From: Oscillatoria sp. PCC 10802
GTDB taxonomy: Bacteria; Cyanobacteriota; Cyanobacteriia; Cyanobacteriales; Oscillatoriaceae
NCBI RefSeq assembly: GCF_000332335.1
Contig: NZ_KB235948.1
Coordinates: forward strand, 4,222,977-4,286,976
Reading direction: 5' to 3'
DNA length: 64,000 bases
Position numbers and translations under genes: made by a program. Shown here one piece after another: positions 36,869 to 48,021 of this stretch; position 1 is the stretch's first letter; each line of letters begins with the position of its first letter. The notes under the pieces were generated by a model. The model had not been told where the DNA came from. It made no database searches and worked only from the letters and a program-made list of their open reading frames with translations.

Positions 36869-38095
36869 CTAGGGACTCTGGGGACTTAAGGCGTCAGCAG
36901 TGGCTTTAGCGATTGCCGGCAGCTGCAAACCGGGAGGGTAAGTGCCCTCAGACTTAATGCGCTTAATCTCCGCCTCAGGAATCCGCAGCTGCAGCTTTTG
37001 GCACAGGGCGCGCACAATGTCGCCCCTGTCGGCGACACCGGCAACGGCACCGGCTCGGGAGAGGACAGTAATCCGGGGCAATTTGTGAATTTCCAGCTGG
37101 TTAATCACTTCAACCAGGGGCGTATTTTCTTCAACAGTAATGATGTCGCTCAGGGGCCGGACAATGCTGTGCAGCGTCTGAGATTCCCAGAGACTGCGCT
37201 CTGCGAATCTCATGTCATCCGGGACAACCATGCCGCGATAGCGACCCTCGGAAGCGGCGTAGAAGGGTCTTTCTGGCCCGGGCAACTCTGCCAGCAGGTA
37301 CTGGTCGGCAAACTGGCGCAGGGTCATGCCGGCATCTACCACCCGAAACTCGCGGCTCATGGCATCAGAGGCGCTCAGCTGCACCAGGGCTTCTTGCAGA
37401 TCGGTGAGCCGGTCGTAGGCGCTGGCATTGCGGGTGACAAACCAGCCCAGCATGGCAATCCAGATGCCCGCCACACCGCTCTCACCTGCGAGCAACACGA
37501 CGGCGATTCCGAAGCTGACGGCGATCGCTCCCAGAGTTTGCCCCGCCTTCGCCGCCCAGCGGACGCCGGCAAACCGGTCGCCGGTCAGCTTCCACACGGC
37601 GGCTTTGACAATCTGCCCCCCATCCAGGGGCAGCCCGGGAATCATGTTGAACAGTCCCAGCACCAGGTTGATTCTGGCCAGATCCGCTGCCAGGACTGTC
37701 ACCGGCTCCGGCGCGGGCAGCACCAGCCCCAGCAAGCTCAGCAAGCCGAACAGGACGAAACTGACCGCAGGGCCGGCGATGGCCACTTGAAACGCTTGGC
37801 CCGGTGTCTTGGATTCTTGGTCAATGGCAGCCACCCCGCCAAACATAAATAGGGTGATAGAATTGACTTTGATCCCCTGAGATCGCGCCACCAAACTGTG
37901 ACCCAGTTCGTGGAGCAGCACCGAGCCAAACAGCAGCAGGGCCATTCCCAACCCAGCGCTCCAAGCAACTGCCGGCCCCCATTTGGCGTAGTCGAACTGG
38001 TTCACCAGGGTGACTGCCGCTAAGATAATGAACCAAGAAGAATCTATATAAAGGGGGATGCCAAACAGAGAGCCAATTCGCCAACTTGTCTGCAT
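36869..38095 (-). CDS. site-2 protease family (M50) zinc metalloprotease with C-terminal CBS pair
   Basis: HELGHSLVA (HExxH) within TM helices, and LDGGQ as the third zinc ligand motif. The C-terminus is CBS-like. Confidence 0.8.
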   Translation of the reverse strand: MQTSWRIGSLFGIPLYIDSSWFIILAAVTLVNQFDYAKWGPAVAWSAGLGMALLLFGSVLLHELGHSLVARSQGIKVNSITLFMFGGVAAIDQESKTPGQAFQVAIAGPAVSFVLFGLLSLLGLVLPAPEPVTVLAADLARINLVLGLFNMIPGLPLDGGQIVKAAVWKLTGDRFAGVRWAAKAGQTLGAIAVSFGIAVVLLAGESGVAGIWIAMLGWFVTRNASAYDRLTDLQEALVQLSASDAMSREFRVVDAGMTLRQFADQYLLAELPGPERPFYAASEGRYRGMVVPDDMRFAERSLWESQTLHSIVRPLSDIITVEENTPLVEVINQLEIHKLPRITVLSRAGAVAGVADRGDIVRALCQKLQLRIPEAEIKRIKSEGTYPPGLQLPAIAKATADALSPQSP

Positions 38096-38546
38096 AAAAT
38101 TTTCCTTGATTATCGCAGCTATTTATCGGCGCAAGCGGTGCAGAAGCGAAATTTCGCTCCCCCACACTCTTTAATTCTACTCATTTTTCCAGTGGCTGAT
38201 GGGGGCGGGGAGGCCGGAAGAGCCGGCGAGCGCCTCTCGACCTGACGCCAGCCGATCAGGGAACCGACGCAGGCACGCACGGGCGCGGTTCGGGCGGCAA
38301 CCCCAGACAAACCCAGCCCTAGCAAGGTTCAATGGCCCTTCTGGATTTTAGATTTTAGATTTTGGATTTTGGATTTTAGATTGCCAATTTGGCAACAGCA
38401 TCTATAAAAAGGAATGGAAGAATCCTTTCTTAATTTTTAATTTTTAATTTTTAATTGATAAGCCGGCCTGCTAATGGTTAATGGTTAATGGCATTATTTT
38501 ATTGCCAATTAACAATTAACCATTAGAAATTAGCGCTGCCCAAATC

Positions 38547-38819
38547 CTACAGGACGCCGGCGTTGCTCAGCCCCAAGATGAAACCGGCACCGAGCACGTG
38601 GCCAAAGCTGGTGGTGGCCAGCAATTCAGGCCAGCCAAAGCCGGCAAACAGTCCGGGCAAGGGAAGGGGCAAAGACGGGCCAGCGCCGCGATTCTTGATA
38701 GCATAGTAGCCGATGGCGATGGCAAAAAGATTGGAAAGAATCATCACCAGACCCACACTCGGAGACCAGGTGGGTGTGGCGGGCACTGTGGATGCCAAGA
38801 GTAACGTAGAGTAAATCAT
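38547..38819 (-). CDS. psaK: photosystem I reaction centre subunit PsaK
   Basis: MIYSTLLLASTVPATPTWSPSVGLVMILSNLFAIAIG...GFGWPELLATTSFGHVLGAGFILGL is a diagnostic PsaK sequence. Start trimmed to the internal Met. Confidence 0.8.
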   Translation of the reverse strand: MIYSTLLLASTVPATPTWSPSVGLVMILSNLFAIAIGYYAIKNRGAGPSLPLPLPGLFAGFGWPELLATTSFGHVLGAGFILGLSNAGVL

Positions 38820-38966
38820 GCTTCTATCCCCTGCATTCGTAAAGGTGTACAAGTTAGACAAAGTATAAAGTTTTGCTCGATAAACCCTAAATTTTGTATA
38901 AAATCTTTACATAAAGGTAAATTTTTGCTACAAATCTACACAATTCACCGGGACTGAGGGGCGCTG

Positions 38967-39602
38967 ATGCGGGTCAAAATTTGCGGAATTACCAAACCAG
39001 AGCAGGGTGAGGCCATTGCCGATCTGGGGGCAACAGCTTTAGGGTTTATCTGCGTGCCGGCTTCCCCCCGCTACGTGACGCCGGCGGCGATTCGGGCGGT
39101 GGTGGAGCGCCTGCCGGTGCCGGTGGACCGAATTGGGGTGTTTGCCAATAGCACAAAAGAAGAAATTTGTCAAGTGGTGGCGGGTGCCGGACTGACCGGC
39201 GTGCAGCTGCACGGCGACGAGCCGGCGGAATTTTGCGGGGAGTTGCGCCAGGCGCTTGCCGGTGTGGAGATCCTCAAAGCGGTGAGAGTGCGGACGCCCT
39301 TGGCTTTAACTGCGGCTGCCGGTTACGCCGGGCCAGCCCATACCCTGCTGCTGGACGCTTACCATCCCGAGCAGTTGGGGGGCACCGGCAAAACCCTGGA
39401 CTGGTCAACGCTGCGGCAGTTTCGCCCCACCTGCCCCTGGCTGCTTGCCGGTGGGCTGACGCCAGAGAATGTGCTGGAGGCGCTCAGTCAAGTGAGCCCC
39501 GACGGGATTGATTTGTCCAGCGGTGTGGAGCGCGCGCCGGGGGACAAGGATTTGGGGAAGGTGGCTAGGTTGTTTGAGCGGCTGGGCTCGCTGGGGTCGT
39601 GA
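38967..39602 (+). CDS. trpF: phosphoribosylanthranilate isomerase
   Basis: MRVKICGIT...ALGFI...VQLHGDE matches the TrpF (PRAI) pattern. Confidence 0.85.
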   Translation: MRVKICGITKPEQGEAIADLGATALGFICVPASPRYVTPAAIRAVVERLPVPVDRIGVFANSTKEEICQVVAGAGLTGVQLHGDEPAEFCGELRQALAGVEILKAVRVRTPLALTAAAGYAGPAHTLLLDAYHPEQLGGTGKTLDWSTLRQFRPTCPWLLAGGLTPENVLEALSQVSPDGIDLSSGVERAPGDKDLGKVARLFERLGSLGS

Positions 39603-39690
39603 TTGGGTTTTTGAACCGCCATAGACGCGCCAGCGGCTTCCCGCAGGGTAGACGCCGAGGACGCCAAGGAAGAAGAGGGGGGAGAAATAC

Positions 39691-40227
39691 TTATTGCTGT
39701 TGGTTGGGTGTGATTTCTTGCAGTTGGAAAACTTTCCGCCACTCGTGCACGGCAAAGGGTGGGACGAGGAGTTCGACTGGGCGGCTGTTTTTTAGGGGTA
39801 GCGACAGCCGCAGGGGGGTGTCTGAATCCAACTGGGCCATGACTTCCAGGAAGTCGTACTCTCCAACGTTGGCGGGGAGGGATGAGTCAGCCCAGACATT
39901 GGGGGCTGCCCACACTTGGCCGGTGCCGGTGGCTATCCGCAAGGGTGCGGGGTGAGCTAATTCGCCTATGCCGGGAAATCCCACCAGGCGCAGGCGCACG
40001 GAGTCTAGTTGAGCCGATTTGAGTCGCTTGTAGAGTACGGTTTGCCACGCTCTGTCTGTGGCATCGCGCAGGGTTTGTAGCGAGCGATACATCACTTGTG
40101 TGGGGGATTCGGGGTAAGTGTGGACAGAAGCAAATGCCGGTGGTGAATTGCCGGCGGTCAGGGAGAGGCACAGGGCGAGCAACGCAATAAGCCGGTGCCA
40201 CGGTTTGAGACGGCTGATATTTTTCAT
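39691..40227 (-). CDS. secreted DUF3122-like cyanobacterial protein
   Basis: 178 aa ORF with a signal peptide (LIALLALCLSLTA). Composition is typical of cyanobacteria-specific DUF families. Confidence 0.45.
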   Translation of the reverse strand: MKNISRLKPWHRLIALLALCLSLTAGNSPPAFASVHTYPESPTQVMYRSLQTLRDATDRAWQTVLYKRLKSAQLDSVRLRLVGFPGIGELAHPAPLRIATGTGQVWAAPNVWADSSLPANVGEYDFLEVMAQLDSDTPLRLSLPLKNSRPVELLVPPFAVHEWRKVFQLQEITPNQQQ

Positions 40228-40607
40228 AATTGTTAATACTCGGGAGGCTGCTGCCTCTCACTCTTGGTTTTCGGGCAATCGGTCTGGTCCGCCGACCGAT
40301 TCAGTTACAAGATTACAAATATCTGGCGGCATTTGTCAGCCAGACATGAACCAATAGCAGCACTTTTTTGGGAGACAAATGTGTAAAATAAGTAGGCGAT
40401 CTGAAAACCCCACCCCCCCTCCCACTCCCAGAGGGACAGGCGAGACGCCTGTCCTGTGCCCCCTCCCCGTTAACCGGGAGGGGGGATAGATGAGATATAT
40501 TGACTCCCCTCCCCGCCGGCGCGGAGTTGCAGGGGGTGGGGCTGAACAGTTTACGCTTAATTTTATCCGCAAAATTACCCACTGGCAATCGCTTTTACTC
40601 GCACTCG

Positions 40608-42797
40608 ATGCTGAACATTCCTAAAATTCTGGCTGATGAGCTATCTCTGAAGCCCTCTCAAGTTCAAAATGCGCTCGAACTTTTCGCCGAGGGGGCGACA
40701 ATTCCTTTTATCGCTCGCTACCGCAAAGAGCGCACCGGCTCTCTGGACGAAATCCAGCTTCGCAATCTCTCTGAGCGACACAGGTATCTGGTGGAGCTTG
40801 AGGAGCGCAAGGCGGCAATTCTGGAGGCGATCGCCTCGCAAGGGAAGCTCACGGATGAGCTGAAAGACAAAATCGAATCCTGCCTGCAAAAAACGGAACT
40901 CGAAGATATCTACCTCCCTTATAAACCGAAACGGCGCACCCGCGCAACGGCGGCTCGCGAAAAAGGCTTAGAACCGCTGGCGGAGTTTGTCAAGTCGCTG
41001 AATAGTCCCAGCGCCAAACCGGCATCTCTGGAAGAGGAAGCCGCGAAATATGTCTCGGAGGAGAAAGGGGTCCTGACGGTAGGGGACGCTCTGAAAGGCG
41101 CTTCTGATATTTTAGCGGAAGAAGTCTCGGAAAAGGCAGAGTTGCGGGCTTACCTGCGAGACTACTTGATGCAATCGGGGAGTTTCGTTTCGCGGATAAA
41201 AGATGAGTGTCCCGAGGGCAGCACAAAGTTCGAGATGTACCGCAACTTTCAGGTTAAGGTGAGAGATGTTGCGCCGCACAATATGCTGGCGCTGCTGCGG
41301 GGTGAGGCTGAGGGAGTGCTGGCCTTGGAGCTTGACTTTGACGAGTCGGCTGTGCTATCTTATTTGCAGGCGCAGGAGATTAAGACGAAGGTGCCGGCGG
41401 TGCGGGAGTTTTACCAGCAGATGCTGGAGGACGCCTTCAGCCGGCTGATGAAAACCTCCCTGACGACTGAAGTGCGATCCGACAGGAAAGCCGGTGCGGA
41501 TGTGGAGTCAATTAAGACCTTTGAGGAGAATCTGCGCGAGCTGCTGCTGTCGGCTCCCGCCGGCATGAAACCGACGTTGGGAATCGACCCGGGATTTCGC
41601 ACCGGCTGCAAGGTTGCTGTTCTCGACGAAACGGGGAAATTTTTGGAATACCAGACGGTTTTCCCCCACCAAAGTGCGGCGCAGCGAACTCAGGCTGCCG
41701 GCACTGTTAAGAGTCTGGTTGAGAAGTACAGGATTGAGCTGATTGCGATTGGGAACGGTACGGCTTCCCGCGAGACGGATGAGTTTATTTCTGAGGTGCT
41801 GGCGGCGCTGGACCGCAAGCCGGTGAAAGTGATAGTGAATGAGTCGGGCGCGTCGATTTATTCCGCTTCGGATGTGGCGCGAGACGAGTTTCCGGAACTG
41901 GACCTGACTGTGCGGGGCGCGATCAGCATCGGACGCCGGTTGCAAGACCCACTGGCGGAGCTGGTTAAGATTGACCCGAAGTCGATTGGGGTGGGACAGT
42001 ACCAGCACGACGTTGACCAAAAATTGCTCAAGAAAAAGCTAGACGAGACGGTTGAAAGCTGCGTGAACTATGTGGGCGTGAATCTGAACACCGCCTCGAA
42101 GGAACTTTTGACCTTTGTGTCTGGGATTAGCCCAACTGTTGCCAAAAATATTGTCGCCTATCGCAACGAGCGCGGCGCTTTCAAAAATCGCCGGGAGCTG
42201 CTCAAGGTGTCCAAGCTGGGACCGAAAACATTTGAGCAGGCGGCGGGCTTTTTGAGGATTCGCGGCGGAGACAATCCGCTGGACAATACGGCGGTGCACC
42301 CGGAGAGCTATTCTGTGGTGGAGGCGATTGCTAAGGATGCCGGTGTGGCGCTGGATAAGATAGCGCAGGCGGCTGAGCGGCTCAAGTCGGTCAATCTGAA
42401 GAAATATGTCAGCGATACTGTCGGTTTGCCCACACTTCGCGATATAATGGGCGAACTGGAAAAGCCGGGAAGGGACCCGCGCGCTCAGTTCAAGTATGCC
42501 ACCTTCAAAGAAGGCGTTAAGGAAATTAAAGACTTAACGGTTGGCATGGAGCTGGAGGGAATTGTTACGAATGTGGCGAATTTTGGCGCGTTCGTGGATA
42601 TAGGAGTGCACCAGGACGGTTTGGTGCATATTTCGCAGCTGGCTGACCGCTTTGTTGACGACCCCAAGAAGGTGGTGAAAGTGGGGCAGGTTGTGAAGGT
42701 GCGGGTGCTGGAAGTGAATGAGAAATTGAAGCGGATTGGCTTGTCGATGCGGTCGCCAGATAAGGGGAATACCGGGCGTGCCGGCTCTCGCCGGTGA
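40608..42797 (+). CDS. tex: transcription accessory protein Tex (YqgF/HhH/S1 domains)
   Basis: The N-terminal Tex signature is IARYRKERTGSLDEIQLRNL. A C-terminal S1 domain is present. Start trimmed to MLNIPKIL. Confidence 0.85.
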   Translation: MLNIPKILADELSLKPSQVQNALELFAEGATIPFIARYRKERTGSLDEIQLRNLSERHRYLVELEERKAAILEAIASQGKLTDELKDKIESCLQKTELEDIYLPYKPKRRTRATAAREKGLEPLAEFVKSLNSPSAKPASLEEEAAKYVSEEKGVLTVGDALKGASDILAEEVSEKAELRAYLRDYLMQSGSFVSRIKDECPEGSTKFEMYRNFQVKVRDVAPHNMLALLRGEAEGVLALELDFDESAVLSYLQAQEIKTKVPAVREFYQQMLEDAFSRLMKTSLTTEVRSDRKAGADVESIKTFEENLRELLLSAPAGMKPTLGIDPGFRTGCKVAVLDETGKFLEYQTVFPHQSAAQRTQAAGTVKSLVEKYRIELIAIGNGTASRETDEFISEVLAALDRKPVKVIVNESGASIYSASDVARDEFPELDLTVRGAISIGRRLQDPLAELVKIDPKSIGVGQYQHDVDQKLLKKKLDETVESCVNYVGVNLNTASKELLTFVSGISPTVAKNIVAYRNERGAFKNRRELLKVSKLGPKTFEQAAGFLRIRGGDNPLDNTAVHPESYSVVEAIAKDAGVALDKIAQAAERLKSVNLKKYVSDTVGLPTLRDIMGELEKPGRDPRAQFKYATFKEGVKEIKDLTVGMELEGIVTNVANFGAFVDIGVHQDGLVHISQLADRFVDDPKKVVKVGQVVKVRVLEVNEKLKRIGLSMRSPDKGNTGRAGSRR

Positions 42798-42933
42798 TAT
42801 TGAAAAGGGAGAAACCGGGTTTCTTTGAACTCTGGGTTGAAAATAGGACAGGCGGGACGCCTGTCCTACGCCTTTTTTTTACATGCGCGGCTTCCCCTCG
42901 GTGTGAGGTGGGTGACGCGCAGCGTCACGCACC

Positions 42934-43674
42934 CTACTTCTGGAAGATCAGAATATGCTGCTGGGGTAAGGAACTGTTGGTTTCCACCCAAGACAGCCCC
43001 ACCGCCGCCATTTCTTGGCGCACTTGCTTCTGGGTCATTTTGTGGAGCGCTTTGATGGGGATGAAAGGATTCTCGCCCCGGTACTCCACGAGAACCGCAC
43101 GCCCGCCCGGTTTGAGAGCTCGCACCACTCCTTCCACCATCTCTTTTGGACACTCAAACTCGTGGTAGGCATCCACCATGAGCGCTAAGTCAACGCTTGA
43201 TTCTGGAAGGTTGGGGGAAGTCAGGCGGCCTAAAACCGGCTCGACGCTGGCAATCTTTTTTTCGGTTTTGAAGAATTCAATAATGTCGAGCATCTCCGGC
43301 TGAATGTCCACTGCGAGGACTTTTCCTTGTGGCACTAGGGGGGCGATGCGAAAACTGAAATAGCCGGTGCCGGCTCCAATATCCGCCACAACATCGGTTG
43401 GCTTGAGATTCAGGGCGCTCACCACTTTAGAAGGCTGCTCCTCACTCTCGCGAGACGCTCGCTCCAGCCAGCCGGCTCCCTGATGTCCCATCACTTGAGC
43501 GATTTCTCGCTTCATGTAGAATTTGCCAATTCCGTCTGGACTGTGAAATGGCCGGTACTGGTAAATTTCTGCCGGTTCACTTCTTGCAAAAGCGAGTGGC
43601 GTTCCACCGGCAATCAGCCACCCGCACAGGATAGCCAAGAGAGTGGCTGTCAGACGTAACCAATAGGATTTCAT
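42934..43674 (-). CDS. secreted class I SAM methyltransferase (Methyltransf_11-like)
   Basis: Signal peptide, then VADIGAGTGYFS and VLAVDIQ. Confidence 0.65.
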   Translation of the reverse strand: MKSYWLRLTATLLAILCGWLIAGGTPLAFARSEPAEIYQYRPFHSPDGIGKFYMKREIAQVMGHQGAGWLERASRESEEQPSKVVSALNLKPTDVVADIGAGTGYFSFRIAPLVPQGKVLAVDIQPEMLDIIEFFKTEKKIASVEPVLGRLTSPNLPESSVDLALMVDAYHEFECPKEMVEGVVRALKPGGRAVLVEYRGENPFIPIKALHKMTQKQVRQEMAAVGLSWVETNSSLPQQHILIFQK

Positions 43675-44527
43675 GGGATTTTTTGCCTTCACTGGCACTC
43701 CACGTTTGATGGGGTTCGGAAAAAGCTGCTCCGCGAGACAAATACCTGACGGCTGCGATCGGGCGAGACAGCACGGGGTTTAGAGGTCATTTATAGCGAA
43801 GAAACCCGGTTTCTTAAAGAAACCGGGTTTCTCAGTACCTCAGTCACGAGAAACCGGCTTTCTGGAAGAACCCCGGTTTCTATACCGGTTTCTGGCCCCA
43901 CTCGGCCTAAACAATGACTTTATAATAAACACCCTCTTGAGAATTTTAACCGGCACCGCCTCCCATTTCCCCATTTCCCCATTTCCTCGCCCCTCTTCCT
44001 TTGGGAATAGGTAAAAGATTCCGCACCAGAGCGCTCGAAATTGCCACCGGCGAGCTGCGGAATCGCACCTGTGGCGCAATTTTGCCAGAATCTGGCGAAA
44101 TTTAACCCAAGTTCTGGCAGCGCGATACCGCCCCCGCACCGTCTGGGGCGATTTGTTGCCATTTTGCCCCGAGTTTTTGTATCCACTAAGACATAGCCGC
44201 TTAATATAAAATCCATGCTTCCGATAGAAACACTCTCGTTCGCCGGGTAGAAGTATATCAAGAACAGATTGAGTACAGTAAGAGACAGTGACAGAAAAAT
44301 AAGGAATGGAAAACAGCCTTGGAAGTTCCCATCCAGTCAGACAGCAGGGATTCTCCTGCTAAGCGTGCGGCGCGACCAGAAGTGCGAGCGTTCATTGCGA
44401 GCGCTCTTTGTGAGAGCCTGATTTTTAAGCCTCTCAGCTAGCTCGGCGCGAGGCTAAATTTGGCGGATTTTGAATAAAGCTGCTTCCGAATACTCACTCA
44501 ACAAAGAAGGAAGATTTGAAATAGCCT

Positions 44528-46969
44528 ATGTCCCCACAAGAAGCTCAAATAAAAAATGGCAATGGCAGCAATGGCGCGTCCCAGAAGCAGCACCCGACTT
44601 CGCAAGCGCCGCGCTCGACTTGGCAGCCGTCGAGCAGTGACTTCAAAGTCATGCCGGCTCTGACCGATACGCCCGATCTTGTTTGCCTGTCTCATTTGCG
44701 GTGGAATTTCGTCTATCAAAGACCGCAACATCTTCTCAGCCGGTGTGCCAAAGGACGGCGGGTGTTTTTCATCGAGGAGCCGATTTTTATCCCCGAAGCT
44801 GCAGCGCGACTGGATGTCAGTTTCCACGCGAGTGGGGTTTGGGTTGCAGTTCCGCACCTGAAAGAAGGGATGAGTTACGAAGCAGTGGAAGCCGCCATCC
44901 AAGAGCTGCTCGACAATTTCTTCGCCCAGATGTCGATTCGCAAGTACATTTTGTGGTACTACACGCCAATGGCGCTGGGCTTTACGCGCCACCTGCAGCC
45001 GGTGGCTGTCGTGTACGACTGTATGGACGAGCTTTCTGCGTTCAAAGGCGCTCCACCCCTCCTCAAAGAGTGGGAAGCGGAACTGTTCAAACGAGCCGAT
45101 TTAGTGTTCACCGGCGGGCAGAGCCTTTACGAAGCCAAGCGCAGCCAGCACCCCAACGCCTACGCCTTTCCCAGCAGCGTAGATGTAGCGCACTTCGGTT
45201 TAGCGAGAACCATTAAAAAAGACCCAGCCGATCAGGCAAACATCCCCCACCCGCGCCTGGGATTCTTTGGGGTTATTGACGAGCGGATGGATATCGAATT
45301 GCTCGCCGGCATTGCAGAAGCGCGACCCGACTGGCATTTTGTGATGATTGGGCCGGTGGTCAAAATAGACCCCGCCACGTTGCCGCAGTGCGACAACATT
45401 CACTACCTCGGCGGTAAAGACTATAAAGAGCTGCCGAACTATCTAGCCGGCTGGGATGTGGCGATGCTGACTTTCGCGCGCAACGAGTCAACTCGCTTCA
45501 TCAGCCCCACAAAAACCCCCGAATACCTGGCTGCCGGCAAGCCGGTTGTCTCCACCTCAATTCGCGACGTTGTTCGCCCCTACGGCCAAGAAAAATTAGT
45601 CCGCATTGCCGACACTCCTGCCGAGTTCGTTGCCGCCGCTGAAGCCGCCATAAAAGAAGACACCAAAGAGTCAGGATGGCTGGCAAAAGTTGATGCTTTC
45701 CTCGAACAGACCTCTTGGGAGCGCACTTGGTCGTCAATGCTCCAGCTGATCGACTCAGCAATTGCTGCCAAATCCCCAGCAGCCGGCGGCAAAACCGGCG
45801 AGTTTACAGGTATCCAGCCGCCCCCCAACATTCTAACCCGAGACTGCTTGTTCGATTTCCTGATTGTGGGAGCCGGCTTTTCTGGGAGCGTGATTGCAGA
45901 GCGACTCGCCAGCCAGTCTGGCAAAAAAGTGCTGGTCGTTGACCGGCGCAACCATATCGGCGGCAATGCTTACGATTGCTACGACAATGCCGGCATTCTC
46001 ACCCACAAATACGGCCCGCATATCTTCCACACCAACTCCCGGGAAGTCTTCGAGTACCTCTCACAATTTACCGAATGGCGCTCTTACCAGCACCGCGTCC
46101 TCGCCAGTGTGGACGGCCAGCTCGTGCCCATTCCTATCAACCTCGACACGATCAACAAGCTGTATGGACTGAATCTCAACTCCTTCCAAGTTGAGGAGTT
46201 CTTCGCCAAAGTGGCAGAGCCAAAAGAGTACATCCGCAACTCAGAAGATGTGGTAGTCAGCAAAGTCGGTCGGGAACTGTACGAGAAGTTTTTCCGCAAC
46301 TACACCCGCAAACAGTGGGGGCTAGATCCATCGGAACTCGACAAGTCAGTTATCGCGCGCATCCCAACCCGCACCAACCGCGACAGCCGGTATTTCACCG
46401 ACACCTACCAGGCGATGCCGCTTTTCGGCTACACCCGGATGTTCGAGCGCATGCTGGCGCACCCGAACATCAAAATTATGCTCAACACCGATTACCGGGA
46501 AGTGGTGAGAGCGATTCCGTGCCGCGAGACTATTTACACCGGCCCCATCGATGAATACTTCGACTGTCGCTATGGCAAGCTGCCCTACCGGTCCCTGGAG
46601 TTCAAGCACGAAACCCACCACATGCCGGTGTACCAGCTCGCGCCCGTAGTCAACTATCCCAACGAATATTTGTACACCCGCATCACGGAGTTCAAATATC
46701 TCACCGGACAGGAGCATCCCAAAACCAGCATCGTCTACGAATTCCCTCGCAGTGAGGGCGACCCGTACTACCCCGTGCCGCGTCCGGAAAACAGCGAAAT
46801 TTACAAGAAATACAAGGCGCTTGCGGATGCGACTGCTGGGGTGTATTTCGTGGGCCGGCTGGCGACCTACAAGTATTACAACATGGATCAGGTCGTGGCT
46901 CAGGCTCTCACCGTCTACAGCCAAATCGGCAGCAAACAGCGATTGGAAACCGCAGTCGCCGCCCGCTAA
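44528..46969 (+). CDS. fusion protein: GT4-like glycosyltransferase domain + UDP-galactopyranose mutase (Glf) domain
   Basis: The N-terminal ~430 aa are glycosyltransferase-like. The C-terminal part has DFLIVGAGFSGSVIAERL (FAD Rossmann) ...YGPHIFHT...PYRSLEF..YPNEYLYTRITEFKY, which is characteristic of UGM. Confidence 0.75.
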   Translation: MSPQEAQIKNGNGSNGASQKQHPTSQAPRSTWQPSSSDFKVMPALTDTPDLVCLSHLRWNFVYQRPQHLLSRCAKGRRVFFIEEPIFIPEAAARLDVSFHASGVWVAVPHLKEGMSYEAVEAAIQELLDNFFAQMSIRKYILWYYTPMALGFTRHLQPVAVVYDCMDELSAFKGAPPLLKEWEAELFKRADLVFTGGQSLYEAKRSQHPNAYAFPSSVDVAHFGLARTIKKDPADQANIPHPRLGFFGVIDERMDIELLAGIAEARPDWHFVMIGPVVKIDPATLPQCDNIHYLGGKDYKELPNYLAGWDVAMLTFARNESTRFISPTKTPEYLAAGKPVVSTSIRDVVRPYGQEKLVRIADTPAEFVAAAEAAIKEDTKESGWLAKVDAFLEQTSWERTWSSMLQLIDSAIAAKSPAAGGKTGEFTGIQPPPNILTRDCLFDFLIVGAGFSGSVIAERLASQSGKKVLVVDRRNHIGGNAYDCYDNAGILTHKYGPHIFHTNSREVFEYLSQFTEWRSYQHRVLASVDGQLVPIPINLDTINKLYGLNLNSFQVEEFFAKVAEPKEYIRNSEDVVVSKVGRELYEKFFRNYTRKQWGLDPSELDKSVIARIPTRTNRDSRYFTDTYQAMPLFGYTRMFERMLAHPNIKIMLNTDYREVVRAIPCRETIYTGPIDEYFDCRYGKLPYRSLEFKHETHHMPVYQLAPVVNYPNEYLYTRITEFKYLTGQEHPKTSIVYEFPRSEGDPYYPVPRPENSEIYKKYKALADATAGVYFVGRLATYKYYNMDQVVAQALTVYSQIGSKQRLETAVAAR

Positions 46970-47062
46970 TCTAAAAGCAGGAAAAATGAGAGTTCAATGT
47001 TCTCGTAATGGTTTCTAATTCGCTCCCAGCTCGGGGATGGGCGAGTCGCCCATTCCCCGCTG

Positions 47063-47400
47063 GTGGCTGACTTATAGCGTTTCTCGTATTAGTGAGGTAC
47101 TGAGAAACCCGGTGAGCGTAGGGGCGGTGCCCCCGTGCCAAAGCGTGTCAACTTAAGCTCCTGGCGATTGAAATCGCGGCTATACAAACGAAGTCCGCCT
47201 TCGCGGACTTAAGAGAAGAGCGGGACTAGAGCGGGACTTTTCAAACCCGCGCAGGCGGGTTTTGTCTGTATAGCTGCGGTTTCAACCGCCGGGAGACTAC
47301 GGGACACAGCTTAAGTTGACACCAATGTGCCACCCACGGAGACCGCCCCTACCGGGTTTCTGGGCCCTAGTTCATCCAACTGAGAACCGCTATATTTGGC
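47063..47400. repeat. ~340 bp nested imperfect palindrome (MITE-like element)
   Basis: Outer arms are TATAGCGTTTCTC ... GAGAACCGCTATA. Nested arms are GAGAAACCCGGT..GGGGCGGTG / CACCGCCCC..ACCGGGTTTCTG and GTCAACTTAAGCT / AGCTTAAGTTGAC. An inner GGCGATTGAAATCGCGGCTATACAAAC motif is shared with 5345-5400. Confidence 0.8.
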
Positions 47401-47437
47401 GGAAACTCGCACTTCAGCCTCCTGACCGGAAAATTTT

Positions 47438-47794
47438 ATGCTTCTCCAACAGCAAGACGAGCGCAACGGGCAGTCCAAGCCAAAAAGGGCTGCCGAAATT
47501 TACGAGGTAATTTGCAACCAAATTAGCAGTGAGAATGACTTGCTGAACCAAAGAGTAAATTGGCTTGTCATCTCCCAGTCTTTTCTGTTTAGCGCTTATG
47601 CCAGCCTGCTCAACGCACCGAAAGAAGCAAAAGATGCAGTTGTGGACAGCACGACTGACGGCTATCCTCCGATTCAAGAGAAGTTGCTTGCAAGGAAGCT
47701 GGGGGGGCTGCCTCCCACTGTTGTGCCGTTACTTTTCATTGAAGCCTGGGTTGTAATTTTGATTTTTCAGTTTTTGCGATCAGGTTGTGGCTAA
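47438..47794 (+). CDS. hypothetical protein
   Basis: 118 aa ORF with a hydrophobic C-terminus. It directly abuts the palindromic element. Coding potential is moderate. Confidence 0.3.
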   Translation: MLLQQQDERNGQSKPKRAAEIYEVICNQISSENDLLNQRVNWLVISQSFLFSAYASLLNAPKEAKDAVVDSTTDGYPPIQEKLLARKLGGLPPTVVPLLFIEAWVVILIFQFLRSGCG

Positions 47795-48021
47795 TAATTA
47801 AAATATAAATATATGCAAAAAAAATGCAATCGCACAAGCGGGTCAGGAGCTTTCGGAACAGGGTAGTCTGGAAGTGAAGGCGAACGGTGATTCGCCCTGA
47901 CTGGGATTTTTGCCTTTTATTTAGGCAGATTTGCCAAATCGTTACGCAGCCAAAAACAAAAGTTAGCAAAACTTATCATTCTGATTCAAGTAATACAAAA
48001 CGCTTTAAGGAGGGCGCTAGG

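Noticed and set aside
36998-37852. 284 aa plus-strand ORF
   Set aside because: Antisense to the well-supported M50 protease gene. Composition is skewed and typical of spurious GC-rich frames.
35127-38460. Possible CRISPR arrays among the short tandem repeats
   Set aside because: Units are 7-8 bp and contiguous with no unique spacers. They are microsatellites typical of filamentous cyanobacteria, not CRISPR.
46346-46924. 192 aa minus-strand ORF
   Set aside because: Antisense to the UGM domain, which has strong conserved motifs on the plus strand.
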